The notes under the pieces were generated by a model. The model saw nothing but the letters and a program-made list of their open reading frames with translations, searched no databases and was not told where the DNA came from. The translations under genes were made by a program, and so were the position numbers. A stretch of 62,967 bases of DNA, the filler included, from Platydemus manokwari (taxonomy: Eukaryota): assembly GCA_037951405.1 (NCBI GenBank). It is 5 parts of 5 records of this genome, joined end to end, with 100 filler letters (N's around TTAATTAATTAA, not from the genome) between each part and the next. Parts side by side here need not be neighbours in the genome. Positions count along the whole stretch, not along the records: positions 1 to 13,779 come from JBBMOY011624738.1; positions 13,880 to 25,532 come from JBBMOY010545552.1; 3 more parts are not named here. One strand, written 5' to 3'. This document shows, piece by piece, positions 11,941 to 25,632 of the stretch (its first letter is position 1; each line of letters begins with the position of its first letter).

Positions 11941-12885
11941 TATGTTATTTGGGTCATTTATAATTCTAAGGAAAAAAAATTGACATGTGTTATTATAATA
12001 GAGCAATTATAGTAATTACCATAGCATATTGTCAACAACAATAATTTATCATATATGTTTAATAATAAATATAAAATTTATACTAATAATTATAATAATG
12101 TTATCATTCAATTTCTAATACTAATAACTTTAATAAGTTTAAGTGATTTTGGAATATTAATATTATTAACAAAAAATATTATTAATAATAATTTTCACAT
12201 AAAATCGTAATTTAAAATTATTCTGATAATTTATTTAAGAAAAAGAAAAATTAAAAATTTCAATTTCATTATTTATGGTTTTATTTTAATTTCGTGTATA
12301 ATATACTGTTTTTATTAAGGAAAATTTTCAAGTATTTTTAAATGTATTTTTTGGTAATTTCTAATTTATTATTGTTTTGCAGAAATCTAAAACCCTCGAT
12401 CTACTCGATGCCGTTTTCGGAACCAACTCACTGCCGTCACAATGGTTATCACTTGCGGTGCAGCCTGGAAATTGGTAACCGTGGCTATCCGATATCTGAT
12501 TTTGATGATAAGGGAGGATATTTTATTTATTTTCTATATTTTAATATTTTTTTATTTGTTATTTTATTCTTTTTTATTAGGTTTAATGAATGGTAATAAT
12601 AAACAATGATAATAAATAAACAATAATATCTGGGATGTTTTTAGGAGTGAGTTAGATTTTATTATTATATTGCACGATGGCTAAACGTTAGTAATGCTGA
12701 CTTTATCATTATTACTCTCTCTTTTGCATTTACTTTATTATTTCATCAGGGTCGAGATTTTATGAAAATATTTATTTAAGCATTGGCTTTATCTCCGTCT
12801 TAACGTTGGTTCCATTCCGTTGAACTCTTAGCTTGATTTTGTGTATTTTAATTTATTTGATCAACATGATCTGACTGTTAACACA

Positions 12886-13590
12886 TTACTCTGATATATG
12901 ATCTTGCAGTTGCCTAAAACTCACTTCCTGTTGTGTTCTATCTTGCTGTGGTCCTTCCTTCATGCTTATTTGGAGGTCATCTTCTGGTTGGGGATCTTTT
13001 TCCAATTCTGGCATGAATACTTCTTGTATAGTTTCTTCTGAAACTTTCGTAAGTTTTTGGATTATCGCGTGAATATACTCGGTATTAATTAATTGTAAAT
13101 CTTCATAGATCGATGCTGTGTCACACTTGTAAATACCTTGGCATTTGTTCCAGCTGACGGTGTCTAGGTCAATCTCATAGGGTTGGATCAGTGGATATTT
13201 TAATTCTATTTGGAGATCGTGGCCTATCAAAATTTCACCCTTTACCAATACATGCAATTTTCTTATAACTTCATATTCTTTTTATTGGTTCTTGGATTGT
13301 AGTTCATCTAGGCCATGAAATTTTATAACGCGGTGTCTTGGTGTTACTTTCGTGCTTAGTATCACTTTCCAGGTTTTTCACCGTGAACTCCGCATCAGTA
13401 TATAGCAGTTTTCCTAGGATTTCCTGTTGAAACAACGATTCTATTATAAATGACATTCTGTGTTTCAATTCTGCGGGTCCTGGTGTAAAGTTGATATGAT
13501 TGTTTTGCCATTGTAGGCTTTTTGTGGAATTTCCTGATATTCGATGGTAATCCTTGTTGTTGTGCCATTCTTCATCTAAAATTTTTATTT
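12886..13590 (-). pseudogene. Decayed DEDDh (REX/ISG20/Exonuc_X-T-like) 3'-5' exonuclease domain in TE-like sequence
   Basis: ExoI LLYTDAEF (D at 13394-13396). After a frameshift: KVILSTKVTPRHRVIKFHGLDELQSKNQ*KEYEVIRKLHVLVKGEILIGHDLQIEL (ExoII-like GHxL), then DTA and SIYEDL (possible ExoIII). Intronless. Confidence 0.7.
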
Positions 13591-13779
13591 ATATAACAAC
13601 CATGTTTTGAAGACGAGATTTTATCACATTTTATATGGATGATAATTTGTGGTGTCCTCTTTGTAATTTATCACACCAACTGGTGCAAGATATCAAATAT
13701 TGAAAGATATTATTCTGGCTTCACCATCTCAAAATTATTGTACTTATTCAATAGCGAGAACAATTGAAATCGAGCTTAT

Positions 13780-13879
13780 NNNNNNNNNNNNNNNNNNNNN
13801 NNNNNNNNNNNNNNNNNNNNNNNTTAATTAATTAANNNNNNNNNNNNNNNNNNNNNNNNNNNNNNNNNNNNNNNNNNNN
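13780..13879. other. Artificial contig linker N44-TTAATTAATTAA-N44
   Basis: 100-nt spacer with stops in all six frames, identical to the three others. Confidence 0.97.
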
Positions 13880-14182
13880 CTGGTTCGATATTAAGCTTAT
13901 AAAAATTTATAAATATGAATATCTTCTTATCATCAAAAAAAGACGCCTGTAGGGATCTTTTATTTAAATTAGATTTTTCGGTCAATTTTTCACGTCTTAA
14001 ATGTGATGGATAATTCCAAAACGAAAGATTCCCACTTATACTTAGATAATTATTGGATACTTTTTATTAAAATCGAATGGCATACACAATAAAGACTCCT
14101 ATGTATCCCTAACTTCATGAATAAACTGTCTTCTTGTGTTCTCGAAAGTTAAATGGCTAACGCACTATAGTCTAGTAGTCTC

Positions 14183-14705
14183 TGTTAAATTAAAATTATA
14201 ATTTAAATCAAATTACGGACTCAGCTCGTCACGAACAAGGTTAAAAATTACAAATAACCTACAATAGATAAATAATCAAGACACGATTAGCACAAACTTA
14301 AATATTAAATAGAAGACAATTACAAAGACTGGTTTGAAAAATCACGTAAAAATCACACAGAATAGAAGTTACGACGGAAAAAACTGGTAGTTGCTAATGA
14401 AATCTTACTCCTTTATAGGCGTATCGTGTTTGTTCAATTAATGTCCCAGACCACCAATTTTCATCCGATAGAATGACTCACCCGTTATCTGTTAATACAT
14501 TTCTCTTACATCTCTCATTGGCGACTTCAATATTTATTGCCATTTAGCGCCATCAATTATTTAAATATGTATGTGAATTGATATATGGGAAGAATCTGAT
14601 TAATTATTGGTGAGTGTATTTGTTTCATTTGTGTGTATCAATCCTTTGAGTGTTATTTCCCCGATTTCAGTAAATATTTTGATTGTTTTTGTGACCTACC
14701 CAACA
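14183..14705. mobile_element. Possible solo LTR
   Basis: TGTT...CCCAACA ends (same 3' heptamer as the 2116-3433 LTR) and a minus-strand TATAAA near 14412-14417. No target-site duplication found. Confidence 0.3.
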
Positions 14706-15406
14706 TGTGGTTAAATATTACTTATTTATACTATACTTAAAGTTCTATAATGAGAACCTAAAAAAATTTCGAGTTCAATTATTTTATAATCGATTCTCAT
14801 TACTCTTTTGCTGTGATATTTTTGAAAATATTAACATTGATTCTAGAGTCTTCATTTGATTATTTGAGAATTTTAATGTTGAGTTAACATAGCAGATACT
14901 GATAACTTTTATTAATATTTGAACTCATATATTGGTTCAATTTGCAACTATTACTGTAATTAGAAATCCAACAATAATTATACCATTTATGACTTCAAAT
15001 GTTTATAAAATTGGATTGTGTCCCCAAATAACTAAAATAATATATTATTATGATTATGGCATAATAACAAAATTGTAAATAATGAAATTCACTCGAATAT
15101 GATAATGATAATTAATTTTTTGTTTAATTAAGAGTAGGTGTCACCTTTTCTAATCATTTTTTCAAATAAATGACAAATTAGTTAAGTTATAAAACGTTGT
15201 ATCGCCACTGTAATGTGCTTATTACGATTAATCATCAAAATTCATTATTTAATTTAAATTATTTTAAATTCTCATAGGTAACACTGTAACTTATAAAACC
15301 AAACAATTTAATTTTACTAGAAATAAAATCAAGTGTGTTTTAACCATTCCTTTATTACAAAATTTGTAGTGCTAATTTAATTTTAGCCAATGTTATTTAT
15401 TTGATA

Positions 15407-15846
15407 ATGATAATTAGAAAATTATTACAACAAAGCAGATTACATATGTAAATTACTATTATATTTTATAAAATATAAAAATTCTTTAGAAATTATGCCC
15501 TGAATTCTATGAGAGATAGCTCTAGTAGAACATCCATTACAAGAATGCACCGCTCTACTTACGCTCACATGCCAAAAATCAAACTAGTGATGTCCGATGG
15601 ATCTGTTCAAACAATTAGATTCCCTGAACCTAGATTGTCATTTAGGGTTAGAGGTTAATAATTTAAATTCACTACGAATTATGTATTTAGATGCCTTTGG
15701 ATTTAAATAAATGCTCAGAAGAAGAAAAACGAAAACGACTAATCTTACGAATGCCTGTATCTAAAATTACAATTGAAGAAGAAATTTCAACAACCTTCGA
15801 TGTCAATGAATACAGTTATCTTTGGAAAAAGAAGAAAAAATCGTGA
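15407..15846 (+). CDS. MRPL55: Mitochondrial ribosomal protein L55; exons 15407-15447, 15490-15646, 15691-15846 (117 aa)
   Basis: GT-AG introns of 42 and 44 nt keep the frame. The protein DSSSRTSITRMHRSTYAHMPKIKLVMSDGSVQTIRFPEPR...MPLDLNKCSEEEKRKRL...FDVNEYSYLWKK matches the mL55 pattern (R.SxTR.HR..Y, DGS..IR..EPR, MP.DL..LS.EE, Y..FW). Confidence 0.9.
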
Positions 15847-18527
15847 TAAAATAAAAATGTTTTTTTTTCAATTAAATCTTATCTGTGAAATCATTTAAAT
15901 TAAAAATTGAATCAGTCAATTAAAGATTTCAAAATCTGTTGGAAATAGTAAATATAATTTTCTGGTCTACAAAGGCTAAATAATTGAAAAATTCGTTAAA
16001 TGGTTGTCGGGTGTAAAATTTCTGTTTGATAAAATGTTTATATTAGAAAATTTCAGAATTATCTTTTTACTAAATAATTGATAACGTAATTTAAAATATC
16101 AATTTAGGTCTGGAAGATATGGCGTGAAATAAACAAATTTATTCGAAAAGGTCAAAGGGTTTTCAGTTATGTCGATAGTTGATTCCACATGGGTGAATGC
16201 TCATGAAGTGCAAGTTTCTTTTCTAATGTGGCATGATTCTTATAAGCTGAATTAAAGTGCTTGTAGAATATTATTAGTAAATGACTTGCGAATCTTAATA
16301 TTTGAGAATTTAGTGTTAAGATTAAAACGAATTTATTTTTAATTGAATCATTTTATAATTAAATAGATTTTACAATGATAAATATTTTTGCGTAACGTTT
16401 GGGCCGGTCCATGGAAAACCGGTTAGAACGTCTTTAAATAGAATATTTAAGATTTAGGTTTATTTACCCAACAAAACAATATTCAGAGTACATCATGTCC
16501 AGCAAAAAAATTTGTAATAAAAATATTTTGTATCTTTTTGTTTACTTATTTTTATAAGTAGCAAGTAATTTATCAAAAATCGAATGAGATTGGAAATCAA
16601 TACCTGAAGAGTATTGAAGAATGATATTTTATATATGGGTAATTATTATTTTGGATTTATGTATAAACATGATATTTCAAGTCGTTTGACTCAATTGCTT
16701 CAATGAGGTTAATTTGAATTTACTATTTTTATTAAATCTCAGATTGAGTTAAAACACAATAATTACTATTAAAGTGGAGTAACAATGACTACGAGTCGAC
16801 TAAAAAATAAATATATTTTAGTGTGTATATGTGATGTATTGCGCATTGATTTTGATTTATTATAAATGTTAGAAACTGATTGGTAATTTTTCTTCTTTCT
16901 TGATATCATCCTTTTAAGTGGAAATATCGGTTGGATCCTTTAAACAATTAATTAAACTCTGACTCCAAATTAGAAGGCTGATATCATATTTGCTTGTGTA
17001 CTACATTGTGTACTATCAACCAAAAATTGGCTTCTTATTGATAGATTCTTAATAATTTTATATTTAAATCAATTGATTGACACAAATATGAGCAAAGAAG
17101 TATGTAGATGATCAAAAAATGGTTTGCATTTTGGAATGATAAATAAATATCTGCATCAAATATGATAAAATAGTAATTGATTTAATTTAATCTCATTCAT
17201 CATGTTTCAATATTTTCATCAATCGAATGTCGATGGTAAAACGGATTAAGATTTGATCAAATAAAATATTTATTTTTTCATATTGGGCAAATATCAAACA
17301 TCCGATTAAAGGCAAATGTCAAGGGGAAAATATTTTCTTCCACTACATCAATTAAAATGATAAAAATTCACTTTGAACAATATTTACCACCATTGGGAAT
17401 GATATTAGATTTTCAAAATCACACACCAGATATTTTTATTTGATAAGTCCGAACAACAAAGGAACTGATAGAAGTTGTTATAAGTTTTGTTATTGTCTTT
17501 GAGCTTACTAATTGGAAACACCTTCATTACCAGGTGCTATAACAGATGATGTTTTCAAAATTGTTATACAAGACGGTGATGAATGGAAACTTGGAATTGA
17601 TTTATTATTAAAATATTAACATTTTGAATCGTGTTAATTGTAGAGTGAAATGTAATTCTGCATAAAAAACGAAAGTTACACCTTGGAAGCCTTGTTTTGG
17701 CACTTTAAACATTTTCATGCCTACATAGCCTTACAGGCATAGGAATCAGCCAATCATAGTGAAGTTAGATGGTGAATTACAACTGAAAAAAGAGGCATAG
17801 CTACACAAAACACACATATAGGGATTGACCAATACCAATTATGTAAAAACTTAAAAACTCAATAAGAGCACAGAAAAGCAAATATCAAATCAAAATGTGA
17901 TACAACATGACATAAAAAATACACAAATCGCGAGTATAAAAATCGATGTGAAGATAGCCAACTGCCAGTTGGAAGCCAAGTTTGGGTTTAGACTTTGTCG
18001 TTTGGTTATTGTTTATTTTTAATAAATACACAACATAATGATGAAAATAAAATCGGGATTTCATAAGGAACATGGAAACATGTTGAACCCAAATTTCCTT
18101 TAATATGTAGACAAATTGAAGGGGTGTTGTTGCTATAGGTTGTAAAAGTATTTTTCTTATTCGTCATGTAAGCCGCTACTATTTTATAAAGCCTTCGTTG
18201 AAAACGAATAGAAAAATTAAGACACAAAATAATGTATTTGACTACAGTTATTTAAATGAGTTAATACATAAAATCGGATTATAAAATCTTTTAAATTCGT
18301 TTTCAAAAGTCTTACATGTTAGAAAATTTTCCTTTCAAATATGCAGTCAAGATTTTAATTAAAATTTTTATTAATATTTGTGCTATTATAATAAAACATG
18401 CTTGCGACTACATTTTATAAATCATATATTATCACGCACAATGGAATTTTTGTAAATAAAGCATCCTAATGTTTTTTTAATCTAAAAAATCACTTTGTTT
18501 TCCAGGTATTTTTTGAGTTCTTTTCAC

Positions 18528-19022
18528 CTATTCATAGTACAGTCCATGTACTGTAGCTGTGGCATAAATTGTAGCTCCCTCATACACAGCTTCAGCAACG
18601 TTGTCGCCATTTTCCGGATACCATAGTGATCTACTAGCAAAAATTATGTTGGCAGATGATTTATCTCCAATAGAAACGATGCAGACAAGCTTGTACCGAT
18701 TGGAACAGATGTTACTAACACGCATTTTTATGCCATTAGCGATCAATTTACATAGCATGGAACATTCAATACTATTATAAGCCTTTCCGGATAGTTTTTC
18801 TTTTAGATATTCTTCTATTATTTGCTGAACGTTTTTGAAATTAAATTTCTTTTTCGGGTCTGGTATCATTCGATATGAATTTTCTACCGTTTCTGGAATG
18901 TGAATGGCTCTCACTCGACCAAGACTGGCTCTAGTATTGAAAATCGTTGATCGACGTACTCGATTTAGAGTTTTGGATATCTCCAAACTAATAATACTCG
19001 GACGCTTGATTTGTAGATCCAT
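18528..19022 (-). CDS. Tctex1-domain dynein light chain (TCTEX1D-like), single exon, 164 aa
   Basis: ENSYRMIP..KF....VQQIIEEYL...L....Y, RYKLVCIVSIG, ASRSLW...D..A and ATATVHGLYYE are Tctex-1 family hallmarks. Confidence 0.92.
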   Translation of the reverse strand: MDLQIKRPSIISLEISKTLNRVRRSTIFNTRASLGRVRAIHIPETVENSYRMIPDPKKKFNFKNVQQIIEEYLKEKLSGKAYNSIECSMLCKLIANGIKMRVSNICSNRYKLVCIVSIGDKSSANIIFASRSLWYPENGDNVAEAVYEGATIYATATVHGLYYE

Positions 19023-21699
19023 GTTTCGATTGATAAATAAAATAACTGTTAAAATTCAGAATGTTTGTTACAATTAGATCAACTATACTTTAATGTATGT
19101 TGATTTGACGTACTATGAATAAATGAAGAGTGATATTTTAATTAATCCAAGTGATACTGTATTGTAAATGTGATGTTTACATTGTATTTCAGATTGAATA
19201 AAAATTGTAACAATTGATATATTTAGTGTTGTCAAGGAGTTATCAAACTTCATATTTCATCAGTGATTTTTCTATCCAATATATCACAAATTAAATGACA
19301 GAAAATCTATTAAATTTCAGGACTAATTTTGAAACTAATTTCTCCAACTGAAATCTCAAACAAAATTGAAAATTTGTCTCCGTTTTAAAATCGATTTTAG
19401 GACTGCTAAAATTAGTATTGAGGCGTTAATCAATGTTGTTGGTAAGAATCAATAATAATAATAAAATTTCTAAAATAAAATCGCTAAAAAACTAAAATTT
19501 ATTTGTCATAAAGTCTTTTGAGACGAGGTGGCACTAGTCCTCATTTTAATTAGTATTCGTGATATAATTATTGATAATTGTAATTCCCGATTCGGGTTGC
19601 GTCATTTGAATTCTCCTCCAGATCAACATTGTTATTCACTCGTCGTTTTGACTTACCAGTCTCGGAGATTTAGAACTCAACTCCAAGATATGGTTTTTAG
19701 TTTTCTTTAGACTATTTGAGTATTGAGCAATGCGTTTATTAAGAAGCTATAGATGAACTTGATTTGCTTTTTGTCCAGTACGATATTCGATAATACTTTG
19801 TCGTTGTGAGGATCCAAAGACCCGAGAACATCGATACAGATGACATCAATGTGAGTCTCGAATCTTGTTTTATTGCAGATCTTCATGGCAATGCTTCAGA
19901 TATTTGTACAGGTTAGTTTCATGAACAATCAGTACTGCTTCGTCAAATATTGTCAGGTCAACGCGATTCAGTGCATTTTTAGAGTGTTATCCAAAGTTGG
20001 GCACATTCACTATGTCACCTGGATAGATCCATTCACTTTAATGGAATGTTAATGAAAAAGTCGATTGATTGAGAGAATAGTATTTTGACTTGACACCTCG
20101 ATAAAATCGGAATTAGCTGTGCAAAAATCTTCAACCATATGTATTCCAAACTAGTCACACATGCAAGAACTAAATAAGTCAGGAAAGTACAACTACTCAC
20201 AATGAAACAAAATCAAGCAAACCAATAAAGTATTTGATGTAATCCAAAGAAAAATTTTCTGAAGACGCTACAAGTCAGGATAGCACAACAAGAACGCACA
20301 AAATATACCCGAACTGTAACAACTTACGAACAGTGCTAAAGCGAATAAATGGTATAAAAGAAATGTCTGGGAATCTATGGTAATAAGCGATAGATTTGTC
20401 AAAGCCGGATGAAAGAAATCAGCAGGAACAGATAACACGATAGAAATCGGAGAAAGAATAAAAAGAATGTGGACATAAAAAATAAAATGCCTGAGGAGTG
20501 GGGTATATGAAAACATAAACAATAAAAGTGTGTCAAGACATAAATTGTGTCTCAGTTAATTGGATAACTGACCTGGACACATAAGAGGGATATTCCGAAC
20601 CAAGTACAACGAAATCTATATTTTTTTCTTTATATGTATATATATATATATATATTTGATAGGTAGAATTAAAAAATTAATATAAAAAATCGAACTAAAA
20701 TAACTATTTACAAGACGGTAGAGAATATATTCAATTTCATTGACCATAAATTTAGCCCTATGAGAATCAAGAGGCTAATAAACTGATATTAAAGACTAGC
20801 TGAGAAGGGATCTGAGATTAAATTTAATAATGAATTTAATTTTTTTGATGAATTGAATTTGTTTTGATTTTTATGGTTTAAGCTTTAAGAGGGAAATTAG
20901 TGCTCAGATATTACAATCAATTAAATCATTGTTAAGATAACTCAAGCGACTGATACGAACATTCATTTAGTTCTTTGATTTTATAAACATTAATGATACC
21001 TTTTTACTAATCACATTTGGACAAAGAAGAACCGTCTACAAGCAGTTATTTTTCAATTTATCGGAGCCACACATTACCAACAACCTTATTGGCTCAATTC
21101 TAATAATCAAATCATAATGCAGAAAAATATACACTAGAAATATGGTTTCATTTTTGAATAAAAATTAAAACAACTAATTCATCTCAGTCTCCTGTTCAAA
21201 TAATCATTTGTTACATTTACTGAACGTTAAATTATTATGTCCTGATTTCATTGCCTATGTCCTTATTTAAAATGATCCTTTGATTTTCTGTCTCTACAAA
21301 AATTCAGATGTCCATAGAGAATAATTAATATATTCGATACATGTTTTGTTCTTTTTAAGATTTACTGTTTTCGATATTTACCACGTTTTATAATTTATAT
21401 TAATAATTAATTAATTTATTTTTCAATTCATAATAAAATAATTTTATTCATCAATCAAAGTATTTCAAGTCAAAATCGGTGTAAAAGAATTGCCTATATC
21501 AAATCATAGAAGTAAACCTGTAATAAAAAACCCTTTTGATGATGACTAAGAGAATTATCAAATTATTATAGATAATTTTAAAATTTAAAAGATAAATTTA
21601 TTTTCAAGAACTATTAATATAATCGATCAAAACCAACTTTAATAAAAATCATTATTCAAGAGATTTACTGTAAAATGTTGTAGTAAAATATGTTATGGG

Positions 21700-22560
21700 A
21701 AAGTTTTCTTTTCGAGAAAACTATAATAAGTAGCAATATGACGACGACAAATTTAATGGATTTTTAAGGATTAATGCTAAAGAAAGTTTAGGAGAAGAGA
21801 AAATATCAAAGAATTTATAATGAAAACAGATGCAGTTCATAATCATAATCGTATTGTATCATTGGGATTCGATTTCAAAATATGATGTAATTAATGATGA
21901 TTCCATGGAATATAAGCATAAATTACGAAAGGCCTTTACCAAGTAGATAGTATTCGTTAAAAACCTGAAAATGCCGAAAGAGTATTTTCCAGTAAAGTAA
22001 AACGATTCGTCAAAACATTGTGCCATACAAACCCCATCAAAGAAGAATTGACTATATTTTTCGCAGTCCAAATTTTCGGAAGAAATGAAATAAAGAAATA
22101 AAAATACGGGCCATTGACAAATTGATGGAAATAAAGTCTTTATTAAAAGATTAGATGAAGTTTAAGGAAGATATATCAATAATGTTGACATAATAAAGTC
22201 AGACATTGCAAAGAGCAATAACAAAATCTATCATGATTCGATATTACAATGTCAACAGTTAATAAATTTTCAATATAAACGCAACATGCTACACTTATGA
22301 TGAAGAGAGGTTATCCATGTTGGAACAATTAATAATTTTTAAAGACCTCAATATATACAGAATGTTAGTCGCTTTTTATGAATTTGTGGTTGTTAGCGAA
22401 AATTCAAAGTGAATAATTCCAAAAATCCCCAAGAGGTTTGAATATGATTTCAAAAAGAAATTCGTATTGGATCGCGATGCCAATTTTATTTATTTTGTCG
22501 TAAAACATTGTTAAGAGAAATGCGTATAGGGATATAGGGACATGCAATGCCAAAGCATAA
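21700..22560 (+). mobile_element. Highly decayed DNA-transposon-like coding remnant (possibly Sola-type)
   Basis: Broken protein-like frames (ERVFSSKVKRFVKTLC; SNNKIYHDSIL) with only a weak resemblance to Sola transposase motifs. Confidence 0.2.
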
Positions 22561-22836
22561 AAATGAATATTTCACTAACAGAAAAAAGTTACTACCCATT
22601 TATTATTTTTGATATATTCAACGATTTAATATTTTGGGTTCCTCTTGTCTGAAATTTCCCACGTTGTTGTTTATTAATCTAACAGATGTGTTCAAAATCG
22701 AAAATTAATAAATTAATTAATGCCTTAATAAGTAGTGTTTTAAAAAGTAAAGGTTTTATTTAATATTAAGCTCTACGTCAAATAATACAAAAATATTGTA
22801 TTATCAGTATCAATATTTTTGAAGTGTATAGCTTAA

Positions 22837-23405
<569 letters not shown>

Positions 23406-24229
23406 TAAAATTATCACTATAATTTAAATCAAAATAACTGCTACATTAGATTGAAGTATTCAATTCAACACAGTCATCATAGACGTTTACTTTTACATTT
23501 GAACTATTATTTTGAAAAGAATGAGTTTAGATTAGAGAGCCATTAACCTCTTGAAAGTCTTCTAAAGCACTGATTTTAGTTTTTAAATATGAAGTTGAGT
23601 AAATAACATAAATCTCATTTTTATTTTTCTAGTCGGTTTTCAAGTTTTAACTTTCAAGCAGTTTCAATCTTGATCACCTTATAAACACTATCATTCATTT
23701 GCTGTGAAGATTACGATAATTAAATATAATTTATTAAGTTTATTAAACTTTCACCCGCTCTTCCTAAGCAGTCAGTGATTAAATTAAATTTTTGTTAATT
23801 TTTAATATTTTTAAAAATTATTTTTAACATATTTTATACATTTTTAAACTCCAACAAAAGAGAATCGTGTTTATGTTACTTCTGAAATAATATATTTTAA
23901 ACATAAGGAATTATATTTCATACATCAAGAAATTTTATAGAAACACAATATGAATAATTAATTTAATTCAGATATAATCACAGAATCGTAGGTCAAATCC
24001 ATTTAAAAGTTATCTGGCAGCTATTTGTAGGTTCTGGGTGTTCGGATTTACATGTACATGGACATGACAGATCCCTGCCGAGCTTTCTTTCTCAAAATTT
24101 CATTTATATTAATTTGAAGTCTGGACAGCATTCTTATTACCTGGGACAAGGTTCGAATTATGTTACAGGTCATAATGAAATTGAGCATTATTATGTTTTT
24201 TGTAATGTTATTATTGTTACAACACGAGC

Positions 24230-25200
24230 TCCACTTCCCAATAACTACAAGAACTGATCACAAGGCAACCAAATTAATGATGAAAACAAAGAACAGAATT
24301 AAATCTCAAGAATTGCTTGATCTATGTAAGTTGTTGGGTGTTTAGAGAAGGTATTTATCATGGAAATGCAGTTATGGTCTCAAGAAATCCACGTGATACA
24401 CGTTCTCCATATTTGACTAAACATAGGTATCTAAGAGGAATATTTGCAGTAGGGACGGAAATCAAAAGACAATGGGGGTAAATAAAAAAACAAAAAATCG
24501 AAATGACCAAAAATGACAAGTGTAAGATCAAAGAAGACATAAAGAGACAAAATTAGTAAAATTTGCATATCTGCTATTTAAAGAGAAATAATGGAATGCA
24601 CTAATAAGTAGCGTTGTAATAATGAAGCTGGAAAAGTCACGTGATAAATAAAAATTATTTTTAACATAAAATTTTTACAAGCAGAAAAACATTTTGAAAT
24701 CTGTGAAGGAATCATAAAGAGAAGATATAAGTTACGGTGATTAATAAAAGAATGCGGCAATCGTGGGAAAATGATTCAGGACCAATTGATTTAGGAATAT
24801 AATGCACATAAAGTGTTTTAAGAAAATTTGTGTTCTGAATACTGAAAATTTAAGAATTACAATGAGATCAAATATCGAATATGCGCTGAATGCCACTGAA
24901 CAAAAACATGTATTATTAGTCTAGTGAAGTTTATATCTGGAATGATCGCAAGATCACAATGACACGCATATGGTAGAATAGACTGAGAAAAGATAAAGGA
25001 ATTAGGAAGAGAGAATAACAAGGAACAACAAAACGATAATTTAATATTGGTGAAGAAGTTTTGATAAAAAAGGAAATTAGGAAGAAAGAACAAGAAAGAT
25101 GTAAACTTTCATTTGAAGGAAGTTAGAAGAAACGTAGGAGTTAAAAATTATGCAACAGAAAATGCACACTAGCAACAAGAACTGAGAAGAAAAGAAATGA
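24230..25200 (+). mobile_element. Degenerate Gypsy pol (RNase H to integrase) remnant
   Basis: HFPITTRTDHKA (RNase H TDHxAL motif) and IEYALNATEQK (integrase C-terminal core), with many stops. Confidence 0.6.
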
Positions 25201-25532
25201 TTTTAAGGAAAAGGCAGAATTTTTAAAGGATTGTAAAATTATTAAATATTGTTTAGAATTTTAAATTTATAATAATTCTATATTAATATTTATTTTCATA
25301 AAAATATTATTTATTGAAAATATGATTGAACGTTCTTGATATCGACAAGGAAATTCTAAATCAAATAAGAATATATATATAAAATTAAAAAATCAATAAG
25401 TGCCTTGATTGACTTCAAATGAATTTTAATAATATATTTGATATAAAAATATTTATGGGAAAATAATGGCCGTTTGTAAACGTATACTTTAAAATACTAT
25501 AACTCGCTTTAAAATGAACTTTATTAATCAAA

Positions 25533-25632
25533 NNNNNNNNNNNNNNNNNNNNNNNNNNNNNNNNNNNNNNNNNNNNTTAATTAATTAANNNNNNNNNNNN
25601 NNNNNNNNNNNNNNNNNNNNNNNNNNNNNNNN
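25533..25632. other. Artificial contig linker
   Basis: N44-TTAATTAATTAA-N44. Confidence 0.97.

Noticed and set aside
13824-13835. Recurring TTAATTAATTAA as a biological repeat
   Set aside because: Always centred in 44+44 N, so it is a synthetic linker.
16900-17640. Protein-like fragments (e.g. LETPSLPGAITDDVFKIVIQDGDEWKLG)
   Set aside because: No stop-free spliced model could be built and no family was recognised.
19580-20600. Possible Gypsy gag/integrase debris
   Set aside because: Motifs are too eroded to assign strand or domain with confidence.
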